A stretch of 61,473 bases of DNA from IMG/VR virus record IMGVR_UViG_3300032225_001536, positions 1-61,473 of that record, one strand, 5' to 3'. Origin of the DNA: a virus. Taxonomy: Duplodnaviria > Caudoviricetes. The first letter of the stretch is position 1. Every line of letters starts with the position of its first letter. A program made the position numbers and the translations under genes. Below the pieces are notes generated by a model. The model had not been told where the DNA came from, made no database searches, and was given only the letters and a program-made list of their open reading frames with translations. Positions 1 through 9,276 of the stretch are shown here, piece by piece.

Positions 1-37
1 TGCCGTATACTACGATTCGTGGTGGTAAGGAAATAAA

Positions 38-469
38 ATGGCATTAGAGATTCGGCACACATTGTTTGGAGTAGAAATAATAAATCCGGCGCCAGTATGT
101 AGAATGATGGAATGTGGAGAACCAGCAGACAATTCTGGTTATGGACGATATCACAAATATTGTTCCAAACACCATAGAGGAATGTATCAAAACAAAAATG
201 GCGGACAAAAATATAAACAATATAGAAAAGATTATTGTGAAAATATAGATGGTCGATTGGGTTTTGTTTGTACAGCAACCATCATTGATGTGCGTTGGCA
301 ATTGGAAACAGACCACCGTGATGGTGATAAAAGTAATGATGCAGAAGAAAATCTACAAACATTTTGTGCCAATTGTCATAGAATCAAAACTAAAATTAAA
401 AAAGAAAACCTTTCACCAGAAAAACGACCAGATTATTTGTTAAAGGAATTAAATGCTCTCTACAATTGA
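38..469 (+). CDS. HNH endonuclease with N-terminal Cys/His (Zn-binding) motif
   Basis: C-terminal DHRDGDKSNDAEENLQTFCANCH is a typical HNH motif; N-terminal CxxxxC...CxxH; AAGGA RBS; TATACT -10 at 6-11. Confidence 0.8.
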   Translation: MALEIRHTLFGVEIINPAPVCRMMECGEPADNSGYGRYHKYCSKHHRGMYQNKNGGQKYKQYRKDYCENIDGRLGFVCTATIIDVRWQLETDHRDGDKSNDAEENLQTFCANCHRIKTKIKKENLSPEKRPDYLLKELNALYN

Positions 470-647
470 CATTGTATTGGTTGCCGTAATGGCAACCAAA
501 AATCCATTCAATGGTTCATATGAATTATATTATGAACCGTTGGATTATTTCAAATCTATTTCCACTTGTAATATAGAACAATCTAGATTATCAAAAAAAG
601 GGGAAAAAGGTGTTCGTTACATTTGTTTAAATGTTGATAGGAACTAA
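453..647 (+). CDS. hypothetical protein
   Basis: 64-aa ORF with AAGGA RBS overlapping the HNH gene end. Confidence 0.5.
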   Translation: MLSTIDIVLVAVMATKNPFNGSYELYYEPLDYFKSISTCNIEQSRLSKKGEKGVRYICLNVDRN

Positions 648-791
648 TATGAGTTTATGGCGTAAACGACAGAAACCAAAACCTGATCCAAAGGATGAAA
701 AATGAATATTATTGCAATGGTGATTATTTTATCAATTGAATTTTTAGCGAAATAATACTTGACCGGAGAAACTGAGAACTAAAGTATTAGG

Positions 792-819
792 TTGCCATTT
801 GTACCAAAACCTGTATAAT
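792..819 (+). promoter_or_regulatory. sigma70-type early promoter
   Basis: TTGCCA(792-797)-N16-TATAAT(814-819), preceded by ACTAAAGTATTA. Confidence 0.7.
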
Positions 820-847
820 TGTCTTTATTGATTGATTAGGAGTGATT

Positions 848-1726
848 ATGATTGATGTTAAATTTGTGAATGGTAAGTATGTCGCTGTTATCAACGGTAA
901 GACCGTTAAACGCAGTAAAAAAGAGCATATGGACTATGTGATTCGTAAGGCACAGGAGTCTACCTCCGATGCGGTGGCCACACAGGAATCACGCTTCAGT
1001 ATCAACGAACGCTTTGGTTTCGTATCTGATATGGTGACAATGTTGGCAAACGGTGCTCAAGCGTCCGTAGTTGTTACAGGACCTGGCGGTCTTGGTAAAT
1101 CCTTTACAGTTTCACAAACATTAAACGCATGTGGTTTCAAAGATATCTCCACATTAGAAGCGTTAGAAGTTGGTGCTGTTATCAAAACCAATAAATCTTT
1201 CCGTGTCGTTAAAGGTTATTCCACACCAAAAGGTTTGTATCGTTTGTTATATGAAAACAAAGATGGCGTGATTGTGTTTGATGACTGCGATAGCGTACTC
1301 AAAGATCCTGTATCGTTGAACCTACTCAAAGGTGCATTAGATTCGTATTCTAAGCGTATCATTTCATGGAGAGCGGATATCCGTGATGAAGATTTGCCTA
1401 CATCCTTTGAATTCAAAGGTCGTATTGTGTTTATCTCCAATCTGGCATCCACACAAATTGACCAAGCAATTATCACCCGTTCCATGGCGGTTGATTTGTC
1501 TATGACTCGCCAACAAAAGATTGAGCGTATGCGTCACCTTTTGAATTCAGGTGAGTTTATGCCTGAGTTTGACAAAGCAACCAAGACTGATGCTATGTCA
1601 TTGATTGACAAGTTACAAGACAAGGTAAAAGAGTTATCACTCCGTACCTTGATTCAGGTAACTAAAATCCGTAAGAGCGCAGGTAGCAATTGGGCTAATC
1701 TTGCTGAGTACACAATATGTGGTTAA
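848..1726 (+). CDS. P-loop AAA+ ATPase
   Basis: Walker A GPGGLGKS, Walker B VIVFDDCD, FISN sensor-like segment; AGGAG RBS favours ATG 848 over GTG 842. Confidence 0.8.
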   Translation: MIDVKFVNGKYVAVINGKTVKRSKKEHMDYVIRKAQESTSDAVATQESRFSINERFGFVSDMVTMLANGAQASVVVTGPGGLGKSFTVSQTLNACGFKDISTLEALEVGAVIKTNKSFRVVKGYSTPKGLYRLLYENKDGVIVFDDCDSVLKDPVSLNLLKGALDSYSKRIISWRADIRDEDLPTSFEFKGRIVFISNLASTQIDQAIITRSMAVDLSMTRQQKIERMRHLLNSGEFMPEFDKATKTDAMSLIDKLQDKVKELSLRTLIQVTKIRKSAGSNWANLAEYTICG

Positions 1727-1735
1727 TTATAGGAA

Positions 1736-1975
1736 ATGAATATGAGAATGTATGTTGGTTCTTATTGGGTGGACTTTCCAATGTCCGAATATGGTGGAAT
1801 GTGGGCAGTTGTTGCCAAAGATGAGGAACAATTGTTTGATATTCTAAAAGAAACACAATCTGGTTTCTTTGAGGATGAATTGGATGATGATATTCGAAAG
1901 GCAATCAAAGATGCCACATGGTATGAATTGTCTGGTGGTTTTGATGCTCATGTGGTAAAAATGTTTTATACCTAA
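1736..1975 (+). CDS. hypothetical protein
   Basis: 79-aa acidic ORF in the early operon. Confidence 0.6.
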   Translation: MNMRMYVGSYWVDFPMSEYGGMWAVVAKDEEQLFDILKETQSGFFEDELDDDIRKAIKDATWYELSGGFDAHVVKMFYT

Positions 1976-1984
1976 AAATGGGGC

Positions 1985-2013
1985 TTGCCAAGCAATTGGT
2001 ATTCCTTTAAAAT
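1985..2013 (+). promoter_or_regulatory. sigma70-type early promoter
   Basis: TTGCCA-N17-TAAAAT. Confidence 0.6.
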
Positions 2014-2043
2014 TCTCGGTGTAGCCCCAATGATTATATTATT

Positions 2044-2619
2044 ATGTTTATATTTGATGTAGAAACCTTAGGTAAAAGATCCAATTCGGTTATCCTATCC
2101 ATGGCTGCCATTCATTTTGATCCTGATACCAAACCATCACCACAAGAATTGCGTGATGGTGCCTTCTTTGCCAAGTTTAGTGTATCTGAACAGATAAAAC
2201 AATATGGTCGTGAGGCAAACAAACCAACTATGGATTGGTGGAATAAACAATGCCATAATGTCCGAGTTGCATCATTCTTACCAAGTAAGGTAGATTGTTC
2301 CTTTATAGATGGATACGAATCTATGCGTAAATGGGCTGAATCAAAGAATGATACCAAGTGTTGGGTATGGGCTAGAGGTAATCTTGACCAATTGGTAATG
2401 GATGACATTGAAGAACAATTAGAATTGAAACCAATATGGCCATATGCCAGATGGCGTGATGTAAGAACTGCTGTTGATTTTCTATACAATACAACCAATG
2501 GTTATACTGATGTGGATTATCCAGGTTTCAATTCAAAGAATGATATTACTAAACATAATCCAATTGATGATTGTGTATTGGATGCCATGATGATGATGTA
2601 TGGAGTTAGAAATGAATGA
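2044..2619 (+). CDS. dexA: DEDDh 3'-5' exonuclease, T4 DexA-like
   Basis: FIFDVETLG (ExoI), WARGNLD (ExoII), RDVRT, HNPIDDCVLD (ExoIII). Confidence 0.8.
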   Translation: MFIFDVETLGKRSNSVILSMAAIHFDPDTKPSPQELRDGAFFAKFSVSEQIKQYGREANKPTMDWWNKQCHNVRVASFLPSKVDCSFIDGYESMRKWAESKNDTKCWVWARGNLDQLVMDDIEEQLELKPIWPYARWRDVRTAVDFLYNTTNGYTDVDYPGFNSKNDITKHNPIDDCVLDAMMMMYGVRNE

Positions 2620-2848
2620 ACGAATTAAAGAACTTGCTGAACAGGCTGGATACTTACCTGATAATTTTGGTGTTGGACACTGGGATATGCCAGAGTGTAA
2701 AAAGTTCGCCGAGTTGATTGTGAAAGATTTAATTGATATTGTGGAAAATCTATCTCCAGGTTATAAAGATTACCGTGACCAAATCGAGGATGCTTTCCGT
2801 AGGGACGCTGTGTTAGAAATAAAACACCGTTTTGGAATTGAGAACTAA
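2612..2848 (+). CDS. hypothetical phage protein (MNERIKELAEQAG type)
   Basis: Recurrent phage small-protein motif NERIKELAEQAG...KFAELIV; start trimmed to the second ATG. Confidence 0.6.
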   Translation: MNERIKELAEQAGYLPDNFGVGHWDMPECKKFAELIVKDLIDIVENLSPGYKDYRDQIEDAFRRDAVLEIKHRFGIEN

Positions 2849-2856
2849 AGTGTTAC

Positions 2857-2885
2857 TTGCCAACCACTCTCGGTTATGTTATAAT
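2857..2885 (+). promoter_or_regulatory. sigma70-type early promoter
   Basis: TTGCCA-N17-TATAAT with extended TG; upstream ACTAAAGTGTTA. Confidence 0.75.
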
Positions 2886-2912
2886 TACCATACAGATTGA
2901 AAGGATTTTGTT

Positions 2913-3296
2913 ATGATGCCAGCTGGCAAATATTATATCGGTGACTTGTGTTATGTAATGAGCGATGATGAATGGAGTGAAGTGTGTGAGTTACTGTTTG
3001 AAGGCAGAAACGACCACGGTGTTAATCAAGGTGAATTCGTGATGAAAGATGGCCGCCGATTTGCTAGTTATAACACAGCATATGGTGATGGTCGTTATCA
3101 ATCAAATATGAATACAGAACATTGTGTTGATTCTGGTGGTATTGGTTGTATTTTGGTTGATGATATCAAGTATGTTGACAACTATGACCAATTTTTGGAT
3201 ATAGGTGCCATTGTGGAATTTCCAGTTGATTTTGTAACAGATAATGAAGATGGTCAGTTACAGTTTGGTCGTATGTTAATTGAAACAAGTGAATAA
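2913..3296 (+). CDS. conserved hypothetical phage protein
   Basis: PAGKYYIGDLCYV...TAYGDG...VDSGGIG motifs; AAGGA RBS. Confidence 0.7.
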   Translation: MMPAGKYYIGDLCYVMSDDEWSEVCELLFEGRNDHGVNQGEFVMKDGRRFASYNTAYGDGRYQSNMNTEHCVDSGGIGCILVDDIKYVDNYDQFLDIGAIVEFPVDFVTDNEDGQLQFGRMLIETSE

Positions 3297-3305
3297 GGAT
3301 ATAGT

Positions 3306-4460
3306 ATGAGTTTTAATAGGAATCAAATTGCTTTTATTAAAGCAGCAGAGAATTTGTATGGCGTTGGTGCTATATTAAACCGTGATAACATTCAGCATGT
3401 TGCACGTGAAGAAGATATGGCATTCCCATTTTGGTTTGTAACCAAATCTGAATATCGTTCAGGTCGTGGTCAATACCAACTTCCTGATATTGGTACCAAG
3501 CCAGTAGTTAAAGTTAGTATACCCGCAGGTGCTGAACATGAACAATATGATGTTGCACTATCTGCACAAGTGCTGGCATTCAAGCAACCAAAGTTGATTG
3601 ATGATTCAGATGTTTCAATACCTACAAAATATCCTGATTATGTTCCATTTGGATTCTTTAAAGACCTTACTAATATTATCAAGTCTAATCAGTTTTATCC
3701 TGTGTTTATTACTGGTCTTTCTGGAAATGGGAAGACACTTATGGTCGAGCAAGTTTGTGCTACACTTAACCGTGAATGCATTCGTGTTAACATTTCAATT
3801 GAAACTGATGAAAGTGATTTGTTGGGTGGTCCTACTCTTGTCAACGGTAATGTGGTTAATCGTGATGGACCTGTTATTACAGCAATGAAACGTGGTGCCA
3901 TTCTGTTAATTGACGAAGTTGACCGTGGTTCTAATAAATTAATGTGTTTGCAAGGTATCTTAGAGGGCAAACCATATTTCAATAAAAAATCTGGTGAGTT
4001 AGTACAACCAAAGAATGGTTTTAATGTGGTTGCAACTGCAAATACTAAAGGTAAAGGTTCAGAAGAAGGTCGTTATCTATCGCAAATCCTTGATGATGCT
4101 TTCTTAGAACGATTCCCTATCACCGTTGAACAGGAATATCCTGATGCCAAAACAGAGAAAAAGATTCTTACACCATTAATTGATAATCCTGAGTTTGTTG
4201 ATAACCTATGCCAATGGGCTGATGTAGTTCGCAAATCATTTGAACAAGGTGCTATTGATGAGATTATCTCTACACGCCGTCTGGTTCACATTGCACAAGC
4301 ATACAAATTATTTGGTGACAAGATGAAAGCAATTGAGCTTTGTGTCTCTCGTTTTGATTCTGAAACTAAAATGGCATTCTTAGATTTGTATTCCAAAGTG
4401 GATGCAAAAGTGGAAGCACCACAAGTATCTGAATCTTCACCACAAGAAATAGCGTTCTAA
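3306..4460 (+). CDS. MoxR/CbbQ-type AAA+ ATPase (usually annotated CobS-like in T4-like phages)
   Basis: GLSGNGKT Walker A, LLIDEVD Walker B, ATANTKGKG, LDDAFLERF, ISTRRLVHI. Confidence 0.85.
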   Translation: MSFNRNQIAFIKAAENLYGVGAILNRDNIQHVAREEDMAFPFWFVTKSEYRSGRGQYQLPDIGTKPVVKVSIPAGAEHEQYDVALSAQVLAFKQPKLIDDSDVSIPTKYPDYVPFGFFKDLTNIIKSNQFYPVFITGLSGNGKTLMVEQVCATLNRECIRVNISIETDESDLLGGPTLVNGNVVNRDGPVITAMKRGAILLIDEVDRGSNKLMCLQGILEGKPYFNKKSGELVQPKNGFNVVATANTKGKGSEEGRYLSQILDDAFLERFPITVEQEYPDAKTEKKILTPLIDNPEFVDNLCQWADVVRKSFEQGAIDEIISTRRLVHIAQAYKLFGDKMKAIELCVSRFDSETKMAFLDLYSKVDAKVEAPQVSESSPQEIAF

Positions 4461-4478
4461 AATCCTACACAGATATGG

Positions 4479-4507
4479 TTGCCAACATGCCATATTTGTG
4501 TTATAAT
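4479..4507 (+). promoter_or_regulatory. sigma70-type early promoter
   Basis: TTGCCA-N17-TATAAT with extended TG. Confidence 0.75.
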
Positions 4508-4550
4508 TCATATGTTGGTTTTTTATTATTAATTTTTGAAAGGACATTAT

Positions 4551-4877
4551 ATGTCAAACACAGTTCGTAAAGGCAAACCAAATCGCCATGAGAAAATCAC
4601 CGTAACATTGCTATCAGGCAAACCAGTATCTCCTGATGAGATTAAATCGGTGTTTGCTGGTACAGACCAAGAAGCGGTGTTGTATCGACTATCAACAAAC
4701 ATTTACAATATCCGTAAAGACGGTGGTATTGTGAAAGTTATCAAAGAAGGTCGTAAAGTGAAAGCATATCAATTGGTTAATCACACCGAGTTTGATGCTA
4801 ATGGTCGTTATGTTGGTAAAACAACCGTTTCTACAAAAGAAACGACTGTTACTCCTACAGAAACAGTAACGGCCTAA
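4551..4877 (+). CDS. basic hypothetical protein, possibly winged-helix DNA-binding
   Basis: AAGGA RBS before ATG 4551; helix-helix then beta-hairpin pattern (RLSTNIYNIRKDGGIVKVIKEGRKVKAYQL). Confidence 0.55.
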   Translation: MSNTVRKGKPNRHEKITVTLLSGKPVSPDEIKSVFAGTDQEAVLYRLSTNIYNIRKDGGIVKVIKEGRKVKAYQLVNHTEFDANGRYVGKTTVSTKETTVTPTETVTA

Positions 4878-4878
4878 T

Positions 4879-5079
4879 ATGGAAAAGATTATAACAGTTG
4901 TGGGTCTACTCAGCATTATTGTACTATTCAGCTTTTTGCTGAGTTGGCCAGTAATGATTCTTTGGAATAGTTGCCTTGTTGGTGCTATCAATGGAGTTAA
5001 TCAAATTGAATGGATGCAGGCGTGGGGCATTAACCTATTGGCTGGTATAATTTTTAAATCTGGTGTGAGTACTAAATGA
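4879..5079 (+). CDS. small membrane protein
   Basis: Two hydrophobic segments, WMQAWGI motif. Confidence 0.6.
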   Translation: MEKIITVVGLLSIIVLFSFLLSWPVMILWNSCLVGAINGVNQIEWMQAWGINLLAGIIFKSGVSTK

Positions 5080-5303
5080 ATGATTTTGACCGTGACAACC
5101 TTGAATTCTTTCTTCATGGAGACCAAGAAGAATTTGAGGCATGGATGAATGAAGCATCAACGGAAGATTTAGACTATGCACTTAAATTGATTCGAATTGC
5201 AAAATCCGAATTGATTGAACAGGAATATGCATTGTATGATGACATTCCTTTTGTGGATGATGCTAAAACATATTTGAAAAAGTTCACAAAAAGTGAACAC
5301 TAA
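5076..5303 (+). CDS. hypothetical protein
   Basis: ATGA overlap with the upstream ORF; acidic, 75 aa. Confidence 0.6.
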   Translation: MNDFDRDNLEFFLHGDQEEFEAWMNEASTEDLDYALKLIRIAKSELIEQEYALYDDIPFVDDAKTYLKKFTKSEH

Positions 5304-5334
5304 AGTATTATGTTGTATTGTAACGACACAATGG

Positions 5335-5362
5335 TTGCCAAATCGTTTGGTTATGTTATAAT
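5335..5362 (+). promoter_or_regulatory. sigma70-type early promoter
   Basis: TTGCCA-N16-TATAAT; downstream GGTTATGTTATAATTACCA identical to the promoter at 2857. Confidence 0.7.
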
Positions 5363-5391
5363 TACCACATAGTTTGAAAGGAAACTTTGTT

Positions 5392-5655
5392 ATGAAAAAA
5401 CTCTTGATTGTTGTTCCGCTTGTTATTTTGGTTGGTTGTGCTTCTAGTCAACCAGTGCAAACCACCACTAAGGTTGAAATCCCTACGGTGCCAGAATTTG
5501 ATGTACGTATGATGACTCGTTCCGAAGTTGTCTCTGCTGTTTCTGAATGTGAAAATCATGAAATGAAACCATTTGTGGAATATATTTCACAGAAAACGAC
5601 TTATGGTCGTGTAATGGTTCCTGTTAATGTACATTGCAATCCATTGAAGAAATAA
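5392..5655 (+). CDS. putative lipoprotein
   Basis: MKKLLIVVPLVILVG-C signal peptide II with lipobox LVGC; AAGGA RBS. Confidence 0.7.
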   Translation: MKKLLIVVPLVILVGCASSQPVQTTTKVEIPTVPEFDVRMMTRSEVVSAVSECENHEMKPFVEYISQKTTYGRVMVPVNVHCNPLKK

Positions 5656-5656
5656 T

Positions 5657-6358
5657 ATGTCATACGAAGTCATCTTGGACTTTCTTGGCCTATCCCAATT
5701 TCAATTGGAAATGTTACTTGTTGGTGGTGTAATTTTAACCTTAGCTGGGTTTTTAATTGTAGTCTACTGGCACTTTATAGTGGCAGGATTAGTTCTGTTT
5801 AGTGTGTTGTTTGTTTTTCAACATCATACTGTTGCCAAAGTGGAATCACCAGTTGAAGTTGCATCCAAATCGCCGGTTATAGATGAACCTCCATCCAATA
5901 AAGATGAGAGTTTCCAAAAAACATCTATCATCGATCCGATTTGGTTGTTTACTAGTTTGATGAGATTGCGTGAACTCAATCAATTACAACAAGCCACGCA
6001 ATCAGAAAAACCATCTGTTACACCTGTTGTTGAAACAAAACAAATTGTTGAAACTCCTGAAATGCGTGAGTATGTAAAAAATTGTACAGAGCTCACCAAT
6101 GATGCAAAATTGTGTCGTGATAACTGGATTGCCGTAAACGAAGCTGGTGCTGAAATTATTTTAGAACCAGTGGAAAGAAAATCCATAAAACAAGTCAATC
6201 AAACGAAAACCAAGGTGGATAAAAATACAGTGAATAACCCAGTTTTAAAATCACCAGAAATTAAATTGCTTGACGTTGACAACAAGGAATATAAAGAACG
6301 CCGTGCGGCTGCATTGAGTAAACCTGATGCAGTTGTTTTTCAAGAAGTATATCGTTAA
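5657..6358 (+). CDS. membrane-anchored hypothetical protein
   Basis: Two N-terminal transmembrane segments followed by a P/S/E/K-rich soluble region. Confidence 0.65.
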   Translation: MSYEVILDFLGLSQFQLEMLLVGGVILTLAGFLIVVYWHFIVAGLVLFSVLFVFQHHTVAKVESPVEVASKSPVIDEPPSNKDESFQKTSIIDPIWLFTSLMRLRELNQLQQATQSEKPSVTPVVETKQIVETPEMREYVKNCTELTNDAKLCRDNWIAVNEAGAEIILEPVERKSIKQVNQTKTKVDKNTVNNPVLKSPEIKLLDVDNKEYKERRAAALSKPDAVVFQEVYR

Positions 6359-6378
6359 GATAATAAAGGAACATTATA

Positions 6379-6720
6379 ATGTTAAAGTTATATCGTGGAT
6401 TGGTTGATATTTTTATTAAACAATCATTGGTTCAGGAACAAGAATTTGTTAAACATATTCGAAGTGATGTACCTGCTGTTGTTGAAGATTATACAATTGT
6501 TCCAAGAGGTTTTTGGAACTTAATGCTTGAGATTGTATTTGTATTATTTACCAAAACAGTATTTTTAATTGGTCTTGTTATTGTGTGTTTGTTAGCATTG
6601 ATATCATTCCCACTTTATGGTGTATGGCAAGGAATCGTTATAATGTTCAATCATCGTGCAACATTTGAGACTGTGGTTGAAGAACCACCAAAGCAAGAAC
6701 CTAAATTGGAGAAAAAATAA
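6379..6720 (+). CDS. membrane protein
   Basis: Long hydrophobic stretch; AAGGA RBS. Confidence 0.6.
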   Translation: MLKLYRGLVDIFIKQSLVQEQEFVKHIRSDVPAVVEDYTIVPRGFWNLMLEIVFVLFTKTVFLIGLVIVCLLALISFPLYGVWQGIVIMFNHRATFETVVEEPPKQEPKLEKK

Positions 6721-7103
6721 TGGCATTATGGAAACTTGAACCAACATGGAAAAAGTCCATCATTGAAAGAATGTATTATACCAAAGATGGTAACACCGTT
6801 ATGGTTGAAACTGGTTGGCGCTGGGGTGAATTCACGGTAGAAACCGAAGATGACAATGAACCAGTTATTGAAGCAGGCACCAATCTATTTGATTGTGCCT
6901 ACATTGTGGAAATGGTTGAATTGGATGATGGTTGTTGGGAAGACCACGACTATGATGATTGTGATGAAGAATCAACCGAATGGTTGGAAAACTTCTTTGA
7001 AGAAGGCAATTCATATCTTGACCTTGAAGAACATGGATGGGACTTGGTTAGTTCCGAAATGATTCTTGATTGTGACCCTGAGTTTGAAAAACTGGAAGAT
7101 TAA
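6720..7103 (+). CDS. acidic hypothetical protein
   Basis: 127 aa, D/E-rich, ETGWRWG motif, coupled to the upstream stop. Confidence 0.65.
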   Translation: MALWKLEPTWKKSIIERMYYTKDGNTVMVETGWRWGEFTVETEDDNEPVIEAGTNLFDCAYIVEMVELDDGCWEDHDYDDCDEESTEWLENFFEEGNSYLDLEEHGWDLVSSEMILDCDPEFEKLED

Positions 7104-7106
7104 GGC

Positions 7107-7135
7107 TTGCCATATATACTTGTTTTTGATATAAT
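7107..7135 (+). promoter_or_regulatory. sigma70-type early promoter, possibly giving a leaderless mRNA
   Basis: TTGCCA-N17-TATAAT; the ATG at 7142 is only 6 nt after the -10. Confidence 0.7.
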
Positions 7136-7141
7136 ATAAAC

Positions 7142-8071
7142 ATGAAAATCGCTCTCTGCTCTGACCTTCACTTAGAATTTGGCCCCATCTCTCTACAAAA
7201 TACAGAGAATGCCGAAGTATTAATCCTGTCCGGTGATATTCTTGTTGCCAAAGATTTGCGCCAGCGTGATGATTATAGCATCATGGCTAATGGCCGTGAC
7301 AAGTCCGAAATGTATCATACATTTTTCCAAGAATGTTCTGCTCGGTTTCCTGTTGTTATCTACATTATGGGTAACCATGAACATTATCATGGTGACTTTG
7401 CCAAGACACACCAACATCTTATTGACCATCTGAGTTACTTGGATAATGTGTGTGTGATGGAACGCCAAACCATGGTGGTTGAAGATGTTACCTTTATTGC
7501 AGGCACATTGTGGACTGATATGAACAAAGAAGATCCATTGACCTTGCATCACATCAAAGGTTACATGAATGATTATCGTGTTATTGATAACAGTAATCGT
7601 TCTGTGAATTACAAGGTACCAATCTACAAGAAAGATGAGAATGGCCAATACATTACACAGAAAATTGGTGAAATCAATTCATTGATTGAAAATGGTTATG
7701 AATTCAAAACTCGTAAGGCACATTTTTCACCAGAAGATTCTGTTGTTGAACACAAACTGATGTTAGATACAATCAAGGCAACTGTCGAATCTAATCCTAA
7801 AGGTAAGTATGTGGTTATTGGCCATCACGCTCCAAGTAAACTAAGTACTAAACCAAGATATCAAAATGATACTATGGTGAATGGTGCTTATAGTTCCGAT
7901 TTATCGGAGTTTATTTTGGATCATCCAGGTATTAAAGTATGGACACATGGACATACACACGATACATTTGATTATATGATTGGTTCTACTCGTATTCTAT
8001 GTAATCCACGTGGTTATGATGGTTATGAAGATTGTGCGGATCAATTTGAGTTATGTTTTTTTGAAGTTTAA
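7142..8071 (+). CDS. calcineurin-like metallophosphoesterase
   Basis: SDLHLE, LSGDI, MGNHEHY, GHHAP, HGHTH motifs. Confidence 0.9.
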   Translation: MKIALCSDLHLEFGPISLQNTENAEVLILSGDILVAKDLRQRDDYSIMANGRDKSEMYHTFFQECSARFPVVIYIMGNHEHYHGDFAKTHQHLIDHLSYLDNVCVMERQTMVVEDVTFIAGTLWTDMNKEDPLTLHHIKGYMNDYRVIDNSNRSVNYKVPIYKKDENGQYITQKIGEINSLIENGYEFKTRKAHFSPEDSVVEHKLMLDTIKATVESNPKGKYVVIGHHAPSKLSTKPRYQNDTMVNGAYSSDLSEFILDHPGIKVWTHGHTHDTFDYMIGSTRILCNPRGYDGYEDCADQFELCFFEV

Positions 8072-8073
8072 AT

Positions 8074-8208
8074 ATGTCTGATGATTTAAAATGGTTTGCT
8101 GTCCGAGGTCATTGGGTTATCCGTAAGGTGCCTAATACCAAAGACCAATTTTATGTAGCATGTGGATATCCACCTGCAAATGTTTTAAATGTTTATGGAA
8201 TTAAATGA
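8074..8208 (+). CDS. small hypothetical protein (44 aa, not in the ORF track)
   Basis: MSDDLKWFAVRGHWVIRK...YGIK fills the gap exactly between neighbouring genes. Confidence 0.45.
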   Translation: MSDDLKWFAVRGHWVIRKVPNTKDQFYVACGYPPANVLNVYGIK

Positions 8209-8560
8209 TATGGAAAATAATATTATGAAAGGCGCCGAGCAAATGTCCGATAAAGGTTATCAAACTGCACCATTGAAAAAATTGTATGTTGTTGATATTG
8301 TCTCCTCATTTCGTTTGCGTTATGTGGTAGAAGCTAAAGAAGAATCTCATGCATTAGATGAGGTTACTTGCCGTGAACATGAACCAGAGTTCAGTGAGTT
8401 TTCACAAGAACATCTTGGTACACATATTTTTGATTCACGTGAAATTTCACTTGAAGATTATTTGAAGTTGTTCGACAAAGATAATAGTTATTTGACCAAA
8501 TGGGATAATCATCAAAAGTTATCCATAATTAACAAGATTGATTATAAAGAAGGAGAGTAA
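8189..8560 (+). CDS. hypothetical protein
   Basis: 123-aa ORF with FSQEHLG motif; the true start may be downstream. Confidence 0.6.
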   Translation: MFMELNDMENNIMKGAEQMSDKGYQTAPLKKLYVVDIVSSFRLRYVVEAKEESHALDEVTCREHEPEFSEFSQEHLGTHIFDSREISLEDYLKLFDKDNSYLTKWDNHQKLSIINKIDYKEGE

Positions 8561-8562
8561 TC

Positions 8563-9276
8563 ATGCCTAATTGGTGTTCCAATGTTGTAACCATTAATTG
8601 TAATGGTGATGAAGAATTGACCACAAGATTAAAAAGTGCTTTATCTGATGATAGGGAATTATTTAATCAATTTGTTACACGTCCAAAAGAATATGATGAA
8701 GGTGAAAAATGGTACGGTTGGAATATTGATAATTGGGGTACCAAATGGGATGCTAAACCATATAGTATTGAATGGGTTGATGAAGACACCGTAAAATTCA
8801 ATATTGAAACTGCATGGGGTCCTTGTAATACATTTTGGCAGGCTATGGAAGATATAGGTTACTCCGTCACCTCATATTACCTTGAAGAAGGTATGGCTTT
8901 CTGTGGTTGTTTTGAAGATGGTTTTGATGACTATTATGATTATGATGAGATGGATGTACACGATTTGCCTGAATGGGCTGAAGATATTTTTGGTATCATT
9001 TCTCGCCACGATGATGAAGAATCGGAACGATGGGAAGAAGAACAGAAAGAGATTGAAGATTCATGGGAAAGAACTGATTGGTTTCCCAAGAAAATCAAAC
9101 CTGTTCGTATCGGTACATATGAGGTGATGACTAAATCGTGGCCATTTCCACAGAAGTGTGAATGGAGTGGTGAGCAATGGGAACATGCAGGTAATGCCTT
9201 AGTCACACAATGGCGTGGTATTACCGAAGAACAATCTTTGGAAATTCATGATGAAGAAAATTCTAATAACGGGTAG
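8563..9276 (+). CDS. YubB/DUF1281-like ferredoxin-fold protein
   Basis: MPNWCSN start, WYGWNIDNWGTKWD, ETAWGP, YLEEGMAFCG motifs; AGGAG RBS. Confidence 0.75.
   Translation: MPNWCSNVVTINCNGDEELTTRLKSALSDDRELFNQFVTRPKEYDEGEKWYGWNIDNWGTKWDAKPYSIEWVDEDTVKFNIETAWGPCNTFWQAMEDIGYSVTSYYLEEGMAFCGCFEDGFDDYYDYDEMDVHDLPEWAEDIFGIISRHDDEESERWEEEQKEIEDSWERTDWFPKKIKPVRIGTYEVMTKSWPFPQKCEWSGEQWEHAGNALVTQWRGITEEQSLEIHDEENSNNG

Noticed and set aside
3306-4460. CobS-like ATPase as a cobalamin supply gene for the B12 radical SAM
   Set aside because: Phage 'CobS' proteins are MoxR-type AAA+ ATPases widespread in T4-like phages; no cobN, cobT or other cob genes are here, so no link is supported.
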